A stretch of DNA of 54,446 nucleotides, counting the filler, from Catajapyx aquilonaris (taxonomy: Eukaryota), in NCBI GenBank assembly GCA_000934665.2. It is 3 parts of 3 records of this genome, joined end to end, with 100 filler letters (N's around TTAATTAATTAA, not from the genome) between each part and the next. Parts side by side here need not be neighbours in the genome. Positions count along the whole stretch, not along the records: positions 18,177 to 36,263 come from JYFJ02006785.1; positions 36,364 to 54,446 come from JYFJ02006786.1; 1 more part is not named here. One strand, written 5' to 3'. This document shows, piece by piece, positions 35,743 to 54,446 of this stretch. The position numbers and the translations under genes are program-made. Within the stretch, counting starts at the first letter, position 1, and each line of letters starts with the position of its first letter. Below the pieces are notes generated by a model. That model saw only the letters and a list, made by a program, of their open reading frames with translations, was not told the DNA's origin and ran no database searches.

Positions 35743-36032
35743 AGAGTTAGGAGTAAGCGAGGTCCACACATGGAAACAGTTGGTTAAATTACAATCTTCA
35801 TAGTAATTTCAATAGCTGTCCTGACATGATAAGGCTTTTTACTGTATACTTGTTCCAGATGTGATCTGAGAAGTTTTCACATGGTAAAACGGGGCATGAA
35901 CTTGCATTATTTAAAAATTCATTGATCAGCAAAGATGGCTGTAGGAAAAAAAGTTTTGTCCCCTCTGGATGTGTACAGTGTACACTGCCATCCCAAGGAA
36001 AAGGCCCTATCTACAAAACACGGCTTTAGGTA

Positions 36033-36158
36033 TATAGTCTGGTGACCCCGGGTAGCTTGCCCCCTTGGGTATTAAACTGGTTGTTTACTGCTATCCTTTT
36101 ACATTTGTTCCCATGGTGATTGCCCGCGGGCAAGCTTACCCGGGGTCACCAGACTATA
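36033..36158. mobile_element. TA-flanked MITE
   Basis: tatagtctggtgaccccgggta... / ...tacccggggtcaccagactata. Confidence 0.75.
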
Positions 36159-36263
36159 GGGGCCTTACAAGGGAACGGTACTTGCTGTAAGTTGAGTTGC
36201 CCTATGACACTTGGCATAGGGCAAGAAACCATATGGTTGATGCGAAAAGTGAAGTCCGTTGCG

Positions 36264-36363
36264 NNNNNNNNNNNNNNNNNNNNNNNNNNNNNNNNNNNNN
36301 NNNNNNNTTAATTAATTAANNNNNNNNNNNNNNNNNNNNNNNNNNNNNNNNNNNNNNNNNNNN
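36264..36363. other. Assembly spacer (44 N + TTAATTAATTAA + 44 N)
   Basis: Same linker as 18078-18176. Confidence 0.97.
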
Positions 36364-36669
36364 GGGGGGGGGGGGGGGGCAACAATCTTCCACTTGACAG
36401 AAACATAAAATGTGCCTACTTGGTGCTACAAAAAAAGAACTATTCATTTTTTTGTGATAGTAAAATTTCCGGAATTTAGTTACTAGTATTACCACCCCAT
36501 CGACCCCCTGAACACGATAAGAGGGGGAGTGACCAGACCTGAGTATTCTTAGACCATGCTCTGAATTGCACTAAAGTCATGCCATATTTTAATCAATATG
36601 TATGGTCTTACTTATTTATGGGTGATGTTTAAAAATGGCTTAACATAGTCATTTATTACTTTTGTGTAG

Positions 36670-54097
<17,428 letters not shown>

Positions 54098-54446
54098 GTA
54101 TTTTATTCCCCTCATTTTATGCATTAATAGAATGTATTACTGTATTTGTCAGGTGTCAGGCCTGAGTGGCACTATGTTTGGAGGAGGCAAAATCTGGATT
54201 TCAGATGAATTGTTTTTTGGATGCATAGCTGCTGTGTGACTGCCCTCAGTGGGAGATTTCGTACATACTACTATGTAACTGTGCTGATAATTGAGATTTT
54301 AAGGTAGTTCTTGCGCTAAGTCCATTCATTGACAATTTCGTGAAAATCGCACCATCCATTCCTGGGCATGTCGCACATACTCCTGGGAAGTTTCAAGAGG
54401 TTCGTCTATCTCGTTTTTGAGATATTAATTTTCAAAGTTGGGCTTC

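Noticed and set aside
35859..35883. Small exon-like segment ending in ATG|gt as a possible HEATR5B first exon
   Set aside because: It lies across a spacer that probably joins unrelated contigs.
54299..54446. Possible TTAA-GG (Kolobok-like) element end; similarly the TE-like DNA at 1-595
   Set aside because: Only one end is visible in the window, so no TIR or TSD pair can be confirmed.

Overview
Eukaryotic (invertebrate, probably arthropod; inference from the protein sequences and SINE types) genomic DNA. It is very likely three unrelated ~18.1-kb contigs joined by artificial N-TTAATTAATTAA-N spacers (gaps at 18078-18176 and 36264-36363). Segment 1 carries two minus-strand multi-exon genes, an ankyrin-repeat gene and an ankyrin + SOCS-box (ASB-like) gene, plus fossil RTE and CR1/L2-like LINEs, tRNA-derived SINEs and MITEs. 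Segment 2 carries a complete 13-exon, ~764-aa divergent CPT1-like carnitine acyltransferase and many palindromic DNA-transposon derivatives. Segment 3 carries the middle part of HEATR5B (18 phase-consistent exons plus a 33-nt cassette microexon). I find no prokaryote-type system (no CRISPR, operon or phage genes) and no convincing new protein system. The most unusual signals are: (i) several retro-insertions stacked at one repeated 13-mer, AGTCAYATGGCAC, suggesting target-specific retrotransposition; (ii) a 69-nt stop-free in-frame intron in the CPT gene that would add a third hydrophobic helix if retained; (iii) loss of known malonyl-CoA-sensitivity determinants in that CPT; (iv) modular SINEs sharing one 3' stem-loop; (v) apparent transposon excision footprints. 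Exon structures were read by hand from splice sites, phase and family similarity; none is confirmed by RNA data.
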